From assembly GCA_036835305.1 (NCBI GenBank), contig DAITME010000010.1, positions 7,552 to 31,551 on the forward strand: a DNA stretch of 24,000 nt, read 5' to 3'. This DNA is from Lewinella sp. (GTDB taxonomy: Bacteria > Bacteroidota > Bacteroidia > Chitinophagales > Saprospiraceae). Under the pieces are notes generated by a model. The model worked only from the letters and a program-made list of their open reading frames with translations, was not told where the DNA came from and did not search any database. Below, piece after piece: positions 1 through 9,310 of the stretch. Numbering within the stretch: position 1 is the stretch's first letter; every line of letters begins with the position of its first letter. The position numbers were made by a program, and so were the translations under genes.

Positions 1-3000
1 CTAACGCAGCAAAACGACCTCGCCAAAGCGAACTACCTGGCTGCCGTCGGGCAATTCCAGCCTTAGGTGCCAAACAAAAGTTTGAGGGTTCAGTGGCTGA
101 CCGTTTAAAGTGCCATCCCAGCCAAAGACTGGGTTGTTGGGCGCAAAATCGCTGGCATCATACAGCATATTCCCCCAGCGATCAAAGATCATAAAGCGTT
201 TGATGCTTCGCACGCCTGGCCCAGCATAGGGGAAAAAGCGGTCATTGTTATTATCCCCGTTGGGGCTGAAGGCGTTGGGCATAAATAGACCTAGCTGGTT
301 ATCTATACCTACCCGAATAACATCACTTCCCTCACAGCCATTTTCATCTCTGATCGTGAGCTGGTAGATATATTCCTTATCTGGACGAACCACTAGCGGA
401 TTAGCTCCCGGCTGCGTGATAGGTCCTTGACTAGACCAAATAAGCGTATCCCAGCGAAGTAAATTGGTTGTAAAACGCAGTGCCAGACTATCTCCGAGTC
501 GGATACTGGTGTCTGGCCCTAGCGACACGAGTATGGGCGGCGTGGGGTTGATCTCGAAGCTGGTCGTTCTGTCGCAGCCGCTACTATCTACGATGGTGAG
601 TTGGTGTTGGCCAATAGGCAGATCCTCGTAAGTCATTCTACTCGTCAGTATCCCCCCATCCAGCCGAAAACGATAGGGAGGCGTGCCACCATCAAAACCT
701 ACAACCATAACTCCACCGCTGAGGTCCTCCGCACAGTTGGGAGGGATCACTTCCAACTCCAGGCTGCTAATAGACTGGGCTTGCCGCTCCAGTACAACGC
801 TATCTTGGGCACGGCAGCCGTTGAGCACATTCGCCAATTGAAAGATAAACACTCCAGCCTCGTTGGCGCGGATAGCGTAGGTGTTATTGGTGAGTACAAA
901 GTCGTTGTTAGCATTCGCCCAGCTTGCCAAATACTGAGCGCCCTCGCTAGAGCCCACGGCGGTAATGAGCGCACTAGGCCGATCGCAACCCAAGGACGCA
1001 GGATTATTTAACACGATGCTGGGCAACACCCGATTTTCCTCCACGCGTAGCTGGCGCGTGACGCTGCAACCATTGATCGTATCTTGTACCAGTAGCTGAT
1101 AATCACCACCTTGCGTAGCCAAGTAAGCAGCCCCTGCGATCGCATCGCTCACAGAGGGAGGTAACCAAGCGTAACGATAGGGGGCATTTTCTTCGGTGGA
1201 TGTCGCTAGTAGCGTGGTGCTGGGCGTGTTGCAGTCTAACAAAGCTGGCTCACTGAACTGAATACTTGGCGGGCTAAAGTTGCTGAGTACCTCCATGCTG
1301 AGCGTATCACTACAATTGTTTCCTTGATCCCTCACTACAAATCGGTAGCGCCCCCGGCTGTCGATATTCGCTAGGGGGCTGTTGTTATTGCTCAGATCGG
1401 TGCCTAAGCTAGGGAAAAGCCAACGGTAGCTCAGCGTATTTCCAGTGGTGGTTGTGCTGGCGCTGAGATCCAACAACAAACTAGGTTGGTAACAATTGAT
1501 AAGCAGGCTATCCTGAGTCACTAGCTGTGCGATTGGTCGGATGGTGTCTTCAGCAACCGCGATGACTGCTGCCGTGGTACAACTATTAACTGGATCGGTA
1601 ACAAAAAATTGATATTGCCCAGCAGCATTAATGAGTGGCGTAGGGCTTAAAGAATCTAGCAAAATGTGCCCATCCGACGTTTGCCAACGATAGCGGATTT
1701 GGCCGCTAAAGGTTTGTCCCTCGCCTAGCAAGCGGATCTGTCTGCGCGTACAAGTTAGGCTCGTATCTGCGGCAACATTCGCTATTGGTGCTTCCACATC
1801 TCGGAATAAAGTTACAGTATCTAGTGCCGAGCAGCCATTTTGCTGATCTGTTGCCTCCAGTACATAGCGATCGGGCAAAAAAGCGTAAGCCGTGGCATTA
1901 CCAGCCTGGCTTACCGGGAAGCCTGCTATTGATGACCAAGTAAATGCCACCCCCGCCCCCGTTTGGGTAGTCGCCGAACCGTTCAGCGCTATTGAGTCTA
2001 AAGTGCAGTAGAGCGTATCAGAAGGGCCAGCAAAAGCAGTGGGTGGGCGGAAATCTGTCCCTACTGCTATTGCAAAATCATTGAAACAGCCTGTTAGCGG
2101 ATTCGTAACGGTAAAGCGATATACGCCAGTGCTATCAATGATTAAATCTGTTCCCGAAGAACAAGACCCCGCCAAGGTATCACCCAAAGCCGTGGTAGCA
2201 CACCAACTGCTTTCATACTGTGGGTTGTCCAGGTAGCCGCTCAGCAGGATGGTATCGAAACGACAGGTCAAATTGGTATCGGGCAGTGGTTGCAGCAAGG
2301 GTAGCTCATCGGCAGCTACTACCACGACGGTATCGCGGCTGATACAGCCGTTGCGAAGATTCCTCACGGTTAAGACGTAATCTCCGCCGCAAATAACGAT
2401 GGGCGAAAGCGTCCGCACGCCCTCTATGCAGGCCGCGTTGTCGAAACCCGACCACGCAAAGCGGAAGTTGCTCCCAAGGCTGGAGTTGTTGCCATTCAAT
2501 ACACGGAAGCGATTATCGCAATCCAGCACCGTATCAAATCCCGCATCTGCTATGGGCGGCAAAGTATCAAAAGCCACAACAGTGGTATCTAATGCAATAC
2601 AATCACTGAGCGGGCTGTAGGTTCTTAGTATATAATTCCCCACCGTAGTGGCTCGTAGGAAAGAAGTCGTATCCTGCAATAGGGGCTGCCCAAAGGCATC
2701 CAGCCATTGGTACTGATAACCATAGAAAGTATCTAGCACAACAGACCCCAGCAAGACGCTGCTACTATCGCAACTCAAAAACCGATCCGGCCCTGCTGCG
2801 GCAGTTGGCATCACACGCCAATCATCCACCTGCGCAAAAGCATTGGCTGACAAACCAAACTGATTAACCGCAAAGACCCGATAATTACCCGCTTGTGTCA
2901 CCAGCAAAACTGAACTGTCCGCGTCAGGAATGGGCGCCCCGTTCCGAAACCAACTAAAAGTACAGCCTTGGCATGGCTCACAGAAATCAATTGCTAGCGG

Positions 3001-6000
3001 CAGGGGATCGGCTAAACAAGTCAAAGCTGTATCCACCAGGTTCATACAGGGCGGGCATGGAAGCTGCTCCACTCGTATGGAGAGTGAATTGGGGCAACCA
3101 TTTTGAAGATTCGTCACCGTAGCCGTATAAACGCCCGCCGCACCCAAAATAAGTGTAGCACTATCTCGGTTAGCTTGTATGCTCGGCCCTATCCAACTGT
3201 AGGCATAAGGCCTGTTTATTGGTGTAGCCAGCACCGTGAGCTGAAAACTGTCTTCGCGGCAGGGAATAAACTGATTAGACATCCGCAAGCTAGGAATGGC
3301 CACATCTCGGAAGATCGTCACCGCGTCCGTAGCGCTGCAGCCTGTTTCCTCGTTGGTGACTTGCAAAAAGTACAAGCCTGGCTGATTCACGCTTGTCACT
3401 TGTTGGGCGGCTAGTGTGTCGCTGGCTACATTCAACCAGCGATAGCTAAAACGGCTGTCTTGTTCAGAGGCGGCCGCGTCTAGTGTAATGATAGGTGCGT
3501 AACAATTAATAGTGTCGTTAGGCCCGGCATTAGCCACGGGAGGTACTAGGTTTCGCCGTACTGTTACGCTGGCTGTATCACGGATCCCCAGTCCTGCGCT
3601 GCTAATAACAAACGAATAATCACCAGGGCAAACCGTAAGGAGCTGCCGATCATTAGCGCCAGGTAAAATACAGGCCGGGTTTACATCGCTCAACCACTCG
3701 ATCGTGATACCGTCAGGATCGGCAGGAATACTAAAACTGGCATCCAACAGTATCTGCGAGCGCGCGCAAGTGAGGCTATCAGGCGGCACAATAATGGCTA
3801 AAAGTGGGCAATCAGCCACCACAGCGATGTTAGCTGTATCCACACAACTACCGTCGAAATTACTGATAATCAGCGTGTAAGTACCCGGTACATTCACGAT
3901 GGGGTTGGTGCCAATCAGATTTACCGCCTGGCCATCACGCAGCCAAGTTGTTCGGCTAGTAGGCGTACTCAGGGAGCGATCTATCGTGGCTAAGCCACTG
4001 GTGCAATCAATGAATGCCGTGTCTGGTAAAATGGCTACAACGGCGTTGTCTGCCAAAGACACTGTAATGCTGGAATCCGCCGTACAACCGTTATCAGTAT
4101 TCGTAAGTTGCAAGCGGTAGTCGCCAGGACAAAACACCCCGATAGCCGTGCTATCGCTATCGGCAGGCAAGCAGGGGCCAGACCAACTAAGACTGTAGTT
4201 GTAAAAAAGTGAAGTCGGGCGCGCATCCAAAAGCAACTCCTCTGCAAAGCAGCCGAAGGGTTCTACCGGAGCAAAGCGGATAAAAGGCGGTGTTTGATCT
4301 AGCAAAACACGAATACTATCCATTGCCCTACAGCCATTTTGCTGGTCAAATACGGAAAGAATATAGAATCCACCTGGCGGTTCTATATTTAAGAAGCGCT
4401 GCGTGCCCAGGGTGTCGTCAGGAGACCCCAGTAGCGTCCAGGCATAGCTAAAATTAGCCCCTTGGCTAGTGCTGTTATCTCCCAATGTGAGGGTGGGGTT
4501 GGTGCAAGTTAGGCTGGTGGTGTCAGGCCCTGCATCCACCACAGGGGGTGTTTGGTTACTCAGCACCGCCACGGCCAGAGAATCCCGGCAAAAATTGAGG
4601 GTGTCTTCTAAAAGCAAGCGGTAAAGATGGGCACTATCTACTAGCAAAGTAGGCAAATTGCCGAGTACATTCCCAGATTGATCTAGCCAGCGGTAGCGGA
4701 TTCGGTCGCCCGGACTGCTACTCCTTGCATCCAGTAGCTGGCTGGGTTCGTAGCAGCTAAGCGGATCGGGCACAGGAACAAGGGGCTGAGGCCCGGCCGT
4801 ATCTTGCTCGATCGTAAAAAGCTCGAAAGCTTCGCATCCATTCGTTTGATTGCGAACCAACAACTGATAAGTGCCGGCACAATCTAGGGTGAGGGCAGCA
4901 CCCGTAGCCGCCCCGGGCAAGCAAGCGCCAGACCAAGTGTATAGCAACTCATCGGCCCTGGCTTGCAGCGTATCTGCCTGGATGGTGAGGCTCGTGGCCG
5001 CACAATTCAAGACGGCCACACCCCTTGTGGTCGGCGATGGCCGCAAGGTATCCAGGCTTAGCTCCACACTGGCACTGTCGCGGCAGCCGGTTTCTTCGTT
5101 GATGATCCGCAGTTGATAGGTCCCCGGAGAGCCAACAGTGGTGGTTCGGGCATCGGTAGCCCCCAGAAATACCGCTGTGGGCGGCCCCGTCCATTGGTAA
5201 GAAAATTCATTGCCGCTACTACTATTTCCTCCCCCGAGCAAGGCGCTAAATTGTACGCAGCTGAGCGTATCACCACTACCGACGTCCACGCTCGGTAAGC
5301 TTTGGAAAGCAAGTATATGTACGCTATCTCGCACGGTACAGCTTTGACCTCGGTAGCTTTCCGTTAGTTCTGCGATGTATAAACCTGCCGTATCAACACT
5401 CAGTTGCTCTCCCGCACCTAGTAGGTTCCCTTGGCTATTGAACCAACGGACGCTGCGGCCAAACTGCGTGGCGGAGGGCGAAACATCCAAGGTCACAACG
5501 GGGGTATAGCAATTAATCACGGGCGTATCAGCAAAGACCAGTTGCGGCGCTAAAATCGCTAGATCCAAGGTAACAAAACTATCGCAGCCCACAGCGCTCA
5601 TCAAGGTGCGGCTGTAGATACCTGTGCTAGAGAATTGCTCAGTCCCTAGCTGAAAAAAATCACCCGCACAGCGTGCCACCGCTGTATCTATGGCAATACG
5701 GTCGCGAACCACTAGCTCCAGCGTAACGATGCTATCACAGCCCGCGGCTGCCGTCAGTGGCGTATCAAAAACCCCTGTTTGATCGTAATCTATGGTTCCC
5801 ACCCGGTAGGTATCGCCGAAGCAGATCGTATCGATCAGCCTTGTACGCAGGGTGCTGACGGCGGCGAGTTGTAGCTGCACTACGCTATCACACAATCCCC
5901 GTCCTAGCAGATCAACATGGTATAATCCACTTGTACTAAAACTTTGATTTCCCACCTGGTAGCTATCCCCCAAGCAAATCGTCTCGTCTATAAAGGTAGT

Positions 6001-6954
6001 ATCAACGCGGGGCAATATTCGAATATCGTAGCAATCTTCGGTAAGTTCTGCGCACAAATAGGGCGTAAAAGAAGCTAGGTTGTTACGAATATCCGCTAGG
6101 CTCAGTACGCCATCAGGCGGTGGGAGATTCCCTAGTTCATCCCGCCGATAGCTCAGGCCGCAGAGGGTGTAATTACCGGGGGCTTCATTGCGGAGGTCGG
6201 CTAGGCTATCTAAGCCAAAGAAAAGACCATCTCGGCCTATCAGGTAAGTGTAGCCGTATTCCGCTTCGTCGGGCCGCGGCATAGTGTAAAGGGGGCTAGG
6301 CTGTATGTCTAAATCTGGGTGCCCCTCACAGCGCTCCAGCGACTCCACGACGAGGCGACCGGGATCGGCAAAGCAGCAATCTATGCCTCTATCGTCGCAA
6401 AAAATTAGGCGAAAGAAAATGATTCCACCGCGCGCGCCTGCTCGGCTACTGTTGATCCGGATCGTCCAGTTGCCATTTGCGGGCCCTGTATTGAAGTCCT
6501 CCAGACAGCCTTGGTTGGGGTGGTAAGTACCCTGATGAAGGCCGCCAGCCGGCCAGTTGAATGGAAAATTATTGTTCCACACGCCTGGGGCTCCCATGTC
6601 CGGCGCATTCGGCTCGGTGCAGCGATTGAAATCAATAAACCAACGCGTCAGGAAAGTCGGAGGCCTAAATTGATTGTTCATCGGCCCAATCAGCGTCACC
6701 GATTGCCCGGCCGGGCTTTCCAAAACCACCTCCACATCATAGATGTACTGATGGTTGAAGCTCAGCTCCACACCACAAAGACCCTGATTGGCCGCTGCCA
6801 AATTATTGTTTACTAAATCACTGATCGTGAGCTGATAAACATTCATCCCCTCCGCCTCCAGCAAGAGCGTATCGCGCCGGCCACAGTTTTGCGCCAGCAA
6901 CTGAAAACAGCTCAGCAAAAAGAAACAGCCAAGAAGAAAGCGAAATGGGAGCAT
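1..6954 (-). CDS. Giant secreted adhesin-like protein, 2317 aa from the internal Met. Domain order is signal peptide, proprotein-convertase P-domain, three Cys-rich repeats, about 18 Ig-like modules, SprB-type repeat, then a T9SS type B (gliding-motility / CHU_C) C-terminal domain.
   Basis: A single 7-kb open frame has its TAG stop at 1..3. I place the start at the ATG at 6952..6954 (MLPFRFLLGCFFLLSCFQLLAQ, a typical signal peptide) rather than at the ORF-track start 7053. The last 95 aa (nt 4..288, LFMPNAFSPNGDNNNDRFFP...WDG...) match the type B T9SS sorting-domain pattern. The P-domain-like segment lies at about nt 6394..6882 (SFNHQYIYDVEVVLESPAGQSVTLIGP ... GNWTIRI). CxGDxY...GxY...GCDSxVxLxL repeats lie at about nt 5548..6000. 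Confidence 0.9.
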   Translation of the reverse strand: MLPFRFLLGCFFLLSCFQLLAQNCGRRDTLLLEAEGMNVYQLTISDLVNNNLAAANQGLCGVELSFNHQYIYDVEVVLESPAGQSVTLIGPMNNQFRPPTFLTRWFIDFNRCTEPNAPDMGAPGVWNNNFPFNWPAGGLHQGTYHPNQGCLEDFNTGPANGNWTIRINSSRAGARGGIIFFRLIFCDDRGIDCCFADPGRLVVESLERCEGHPDLDIQPSPLYTMPRPDEAEYGYTYLIGRDGLFFGLDSLADLRNEAPGNYTLCGLSYRRDELGNLPPPDGVLSLADIRNNLASFTPYLCAELTEDCYDIRILPRVDTTFIDETICLGDSYQVGNQSFSTSGLYHVDLLGRGLCDSVVQLQLAAVSTLRTRLIDTICFGDTYRVGTIDYDQTGVFDTPLTAAAGCDSIVTLELVVRDRIAIDTAVARCAGDFFQLGTEQFSSTGIYSRTLMSAVGCDSFVTLDLAILAPQLVFADTPVINCYTPVVTLDVSPSATQFGRSVRWFNSQGNLLGAGEQLSVDTAGLYIAELTESYRGQSCTVRDSVHILAFQSLPSVDVGSGDTLSCVQFSALLGGGNSSSGNEFSYQWTGPPTAVFLGATDARTTTVGSPGTYQLRIINEETGCRDSASVELSLDTLRPSPTTRGVAVLNCAATSLTIQADTLQARADELLYTWSGACLPGAATGAALTLDCAGTYQLLVRNQTNGCEAFELFTIEQDTAGPQPLVPVPDPLSCYEPSQLLDARSSSPGDRIRYRWLDQSGNVLGNLPTLLVDSAHLYRLLLEDTLNFCRDSLAVAVLSNQTPPVVDAGPDTTSLTCTNPTLTLGDNSTSQGANFSYAWTLLGSPDDTLGTQRFLNIEPPGGFYILSVFDQQNGCRAMDSIRVLLDQTPPFIRFAPVEPFGCFAEELLLDARPTSLFYNYSLSWSGPCLPADSDSTAIGVFCPGDYRLQLTNTDNGCTADSSITVSLADNAVVAILPDTAFIDCTSGLATIDRSLSTPTSRTTWLRDGQAVNLIGTNPIVNVPGTYTLIISNFDGSCVDTANIAVVADCPLLAIIVPPDSLTCARSQILLDASFSIPADPDGITIEWLSDVNPACILPGANDRQLLTVCPGDYSFVISSAGLGIRDTASVTVRRNLVPPVANAGPNDTINCYAPIITLDAAASEQDSRFSYRWLNVASDTLAAQQVTSVNQPGLYFLQVTNEETGCSATDAVTIFRDVAIPSLRMSNQFIPCREDSFQLTVLATPINRPYAYSWIGPSIQANRDSATLILGAAGVYTATVTNLQNGCPNSLSIRVEQLPCPPCMNLVDTALTCLADPLPLAIDFCEPCQGCTFSWFRNGAPIPDADSSVLLVTQAGNYRVFAVNQFGLSANAFAQVDDWRVMPTAAAGPDRFLSCDSSSVLLGSVVLDTFYGYQYQWLDAFGQPLLQDTTSFLRATTVGNYILRTYSPLSDCIALDTTVVAFDTLPPIADAGFDTVLDCDNRFRVLNGNNSSLGSNFRFAWSGFDNAACIEGVRTLSPIVICGGDYVLTVRNLRNGCISRDTVVVVAADELPLLQPLPDTNLTCRFDTILLSGYLDNPQYESSWCATTALGDTLAGSCSSGTDLIIDSTGVYRFTVTNPLTGCFNDFAIAVGTDFRPPTAFAGPSDTLYCTLDSIALNGSATTQTGAGVAFTWSSIAGFPVSQAGNATAYAFLPDRYVLEATDQQNGCSALDTVTLFRDVEAPIANVAADTSLTCTRRQIRLLGEGQTFSGQIRYRWQTSDGHILLDSLSPTPLINAAGQYQFFVTDPVNSCTTAAVIAVAEDTIRPIAQLVTQDSLLINCYQPSLLLDLSASTTTTGNTLSYRWLFPSLGTDLSNNNSPLANIDSRGRYRFVVRDQGNNCSDTLSMEVLSNFSPPSIQFSEPALLDCNTPSTTLLATSTEENAPYRYAWLPPSVSDAIAGAAYLATQGGDYQLLVQDTINGCSVTRQLRVEENRVLPSIVLNNPASLGCDRPSALITAVGSSEGAQYLASWANANNDFVLTNNTYAIRANEAGVFIFQLANVLNGCRAQDSVVLERQAQSISSLELEVIPPNCAEDLSGGVMVVGFDGGTPPYRFRLDGGILTSRMTYEDLPIGQHQLTIVDSSGCDRTTSFEINPTPPILVSLGPDTSIRLGDSLALRFTTNLLRWDTLIWSSQGPITQPGANPLVVRPDKEYIYQLTIRDENGCEGSDVIRVGIDNQLGLFMPNAFSPNGDNNNDRFFPYAGPGVRSIKRFMIFDRWGNMLYDASDFAPNNPVFGWDGTLNGQPLNPQTFVWHLRLELPDGSQVVRFGEVVLLR
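766..5541 (-). repeat. Protein-level tandem array of about 18 divergent Ig-like modules of about 88 aa inside the giant adhesin gene.
   Basis: The recurring pattern is L(S/T)C....L.a..S.....(F/Y)x(Y/F)xW.g........G.Y.L.V.n..nGC..(d/s). I counted the aromatic-x-W anchor about 18 times (FSYQW, LLYTW, IRYRW, FSYAW, YSLSW, FSYRW, YAYSW, CTFSW, YQYQW, FRFAW, VAFTW, LSYRW, YRYAW and others). The copies are diverged, and I could not see long identical DNA repeats by eye. Confidence 0.6.
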
Positions 6955-6987
6955 ACAGCCTAAACGATCAGCTTTTAGGTAAGATTG

Positions 6988-6995
6988 CAAAGGTA
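6988..6995 (-). promoter_or_regulatory. Bacteroidota-type -7 promoter box (TACCTTTG on the minus strand) for the giant adhesin gene.
   Basis: The plus strand reads CAAAGGTA, which is TACCTTTG on the minus strand. It lies 33 nt upstream of the ATG at 6954 and matches the TAnnTTTG consensus described for Bacteroides/Flavobacterium sigma-A promoters. Confidence 0.4.
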
Positions 6996-7320
6996 AGAAC
7001 TGCGTGGGAACATGGTGCGGGCTTTTAGAGGATTTGAGTGGATTTTGGCTCACGCCCTACTAAACCCAGACGGGCACGGCGGGCACTGCGTGCAGGAGCG
7101 ATGTTCTCTCTTTAGGAGCTATGCCTTTGGAGCTAGTGCGCTGCGCGGATTTGGTTTCAGCAGTTTGCTTTTGCAAAAAATGCTGCTCTTGCCAGAAAAA
7201 AGCTTGCTCCTGCAATTTTGCCAGACTTCCAACCCGCCTGGGCATCCTATGCACGACCAAGAACCGCACGCCCGTATGGGTAGTAGGCGAGCGCCATCCA
7301 TAGCATCGTTCAAATTATAT

Positions 7321-7328
7321 TACCTTTG
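7321..7328 (+). promoter_or_regulatory. Bacteroidota-type -7 promoter box (TACCTTTG) for pyrC.
   Basis: TACCTTTG lies 31 nt upstream of the ATG at 7360. I saw no clean -33 TTG. Confidence 0.4.
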
Positions 7329-7359
7329 TATTCCAGTCAAGCAAACAAAAATCCAAGTT

Positions 7360-8691
7360 ATGAGCCTACTGATAAAAGGAGGAACCTTGATCAACCGCGG
7401 CGAGCGGAAAGTGGCCGATATATACATCAAAGACGGCCGTATTGAAGCCATTGGCAGCCAACTACAAAAGCCAGCCACCCGGGAAATTAATGCCGATGGC
7501 TTGCTTGTCCTACCCGGCATCATAGATGATCAGGTGCACTTCCGCGAACCGGGCCTCACGCACAAGGCAAATATTTATTCCGAAGCCAAGGCAGCCGTTG
7601 CGGGTGGCACCACCTCTTTCATGGAGATGCCCAATGTAAAGCCCCCTACCCTTACCCAAGAATTGCTGGCCGAAAAATACAGGATTGGGCAAAAAACTAG
7701 CCTGGCCAACTATAGTTTTTACATGGGCGCCAGCAACGACAATCTCGAAGAAGTACTAAAAACCGATCCCCAAACAGTCTGTGGCGTAAAAATATTCATG
7801 GGCTCCAGCACAGGAAATATGCTGGTAGATAACGAAAAAACCCTCGAGCAGCTCTTCAGCCAAGTACCAATGTTGATTGCCACCCACTGCGAAGACGAGG
7901 CAACGATCCGCGCCAACGATGCTCTTTTTCAAGCCCGCTACGGTGAGGCCGCTACGGCTATGCTCCATCCGGTCATCCGCAGCCCGCGAGGCTGTTATCT
8001 GAGTAGCAGCCTCGCTATAGCACTGGCTAAAAAGCACCAGACGCGACTTCATATTTTGCATATCAGCACCGCTGATGAGCTGCTGCTTTTCAGCAACGAT
8101 CTGCCGCTGGCCGAAAAGCGCATTACGGCCGAAGTTTGTGTCCATCACCTGAGCTTCAACAGTGAGGACTACGTACGGCTGGGGAATAAAATCAAGTGCA
8201 ACCCAGCCATCAAGGGCGAAGAACACCGCAGCCAGCTCCTGCCCGCCCTTCTGGCAGACTATATAGACGTCATTGCCACCGACCACGCGCCCCACACAGC
8301 TGAGGAAAAGGCGCAACACTACTGGCAAGCGCCCGGCGGCCTCCCCTTGGTGCAGCATAGTCTGGATATGATGATGCGCTTGGAACAGCAAGGACTCATT
8401 AGCCTAGAAAAAATAGTAGAAAAAATGTGCCATGCCCCCGCCATTTGTTATAAAGTGGAAGCGCGCGGCTATCTCGATGAAGGCTACTGGGCCGATATAG
8501 TACTGTATGATCCGAAAAAGAAATGGATCGTGGCGCCTGACAATATCCACTACCATGTGGGCTGGTCTCCTCTGGAAGGGGAAAGCTTTCAAGGCCAGGT
8601 GAAAGCCACTATCGTCAGCGGCCACCTCGCCTACGAAAATGGCCAGTTTAATGAAGATAAAAAAGGCGAGCGGCTACTTTTTCATATGTAA
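7360..8691 (+). CDS. pyrC: Dihydroorotase (amidohydrolase superfamily, about 443 aa).
   Basis: The start is chosen at MSLLIKGGTLINRG..., in frame with ORF 7012..8691, because the upstream 116 codons look non-coding. Supporting motifs are IDDQVHFREPGL, AAVAGGTTSFMEMPN and IATDHAPH, and the length is typical of Bacteroidota PyrC. Confidence 0.9.
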   Translation: MSLLIKGGTLINRGERKVADIYIKDGRIEAIGSQLQKPATREINADGLLVLPGIIDDQVHFREPGLTHKANIYSEAKAAVAGGTTSFMEMPNVKPPTLTQELLAEKYRIGQKTSLANYSFYMGASNDNLEEVLKTDPQTVCGVKIFMGSSTGNMLVDNEKTLEQLFSQVPMLIATHCEDEATIRANDALFQARYGEAATAMLHPVIRSPRGCYLSSSLAIALAKKHQTRLHILHISTADELLLFSNDLPLAEKRITAEVCVHHLSFNSEDYVRLGNKIKCNPAIKGEEHRSQLLPALLADYIDVIATDHAPHTAEEKAQHYWQAPGGLPLVQHSLDMMMRLEQQGLISLEKIVEKMCHAPAICYKVEARGYLDEGYWADIVLYDPKKKWIVAPDNIHYHVGWSPLEGESFQGQVKATIVSGHLAYENGQFNEDKKGERLLFHM

Positions 8692-8696
8692 AGACC

Positions 8697-8704
8697 TACC
8701 TTTG
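8697..8704 (+). promoter_or_regulatory. Bacteroidota-type -7 promoter box (TACCTTTG) for the lipoprotein/NdpA-like gene pair.
   Basis: TACCTTTG starts 6 nt after the pyrC TAA and ends 20 nt upstream of the ATG at 8725. Confidence 0.4.
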
Positions 8705-8724
8705 CTACTTCAAATTATGTACTC

Positions 8725-9306
8725 ATGCTCCAGAATAATCTTATTATTATCGGTTTGCTCTTAGCATTTGCGGTATCAAGCTGCAAACAAGATAGTAGTG
8801 CTACTACAGCAACAACAAGCGATAGCAGCAGCCCCACAGCCAATACAGATGGTATTACCACCTACGAGCTAGGCTCGGCGGATATACCCCGGCCAGCTGG
8901 TTGTAATTTCTTGCCAGATGGGGTCTTGCAGGAAATCCTAGGAGGTGAAGAAGCCATGCCCATCTCGTTCTCTAGCGGCCCGATGGAAGCTTCTTGTATG
9001 TACCGCCTAGAAACCAAGTATTGGGCGGCTGACCTTATGATAGAAGTAGGCGATGGCAGCCGAGCCGCGGGTATCCAGTTGGAAATCAGCGAAGCCTTGG
9101 AAGGCGAAGCCACAACTGTTAATGGCCACCCTGCACGGGTGCGCAACGACAACCGTATCTTGCAGGTAGCCGCCAACCCGCCCTACGTCGTGAAGCTATC
9201 CGTGCTACCTAAACCGGGCTACAAAGAAATTGTGGATAGTGCGCAGCGCCGGCAGCTCCTAGAAGCCATCGGCAGCGAGCTGGAGAAAAAATTCCAAACC
9301 CAATAG
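8725..9306 (+). CDS. Hypothetical lipoprotein, 193 aa.
   Basis: The signal peptide has a lipobox (LLLAFAVSSC) and is followed by a Ser/Thr-rich linker (SSATTATTSDSSSPT). I recognise no other domain. Confidence 0.7.
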   Translation: MLQNNLIIIGLLLAFAVSSCKQDSSATTATTSDSSSPTANTDGITTYELGSADIPRPAGCNFLPDGVLQEILGGEEAMPISFSSGPMEASCMYRLETKYWAADLMIEVGDGSRAAGIQLEISEALEGEATTVNGHPARVRNDNRILQVAANPPYVVKLSVLPKPGYKEIVDSAQRRQLLEAIGSELEKKFQTQ

Positions 9307-9310
9307 ACCT

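Noticed and set aside
601-6816. Many 60-136-aa ORFs on both strands inside the giant adhesin gene (for example 601..1011, 3103..3414, 6511..6816).
   Set aside because: All are nested in or antisense to a 7-kb frame with clear domain content. Their compositions are Arg/Ser/Pro-rich, as expected from out-of-frame reading of moderately GC-rich coding DNA.
7012-7359. N-terminal 116-codon extension of the pyrC ORF (MVRAFRGFEWILAH...).
   Set aside because: It has no homology-like features. It overlaps the divergent promoter region. A promoter box at 7321..7328 and a canonical dihydroorotase N-terminus (MSLLIKGGTLI) at 7360 argue for the shorter gene.
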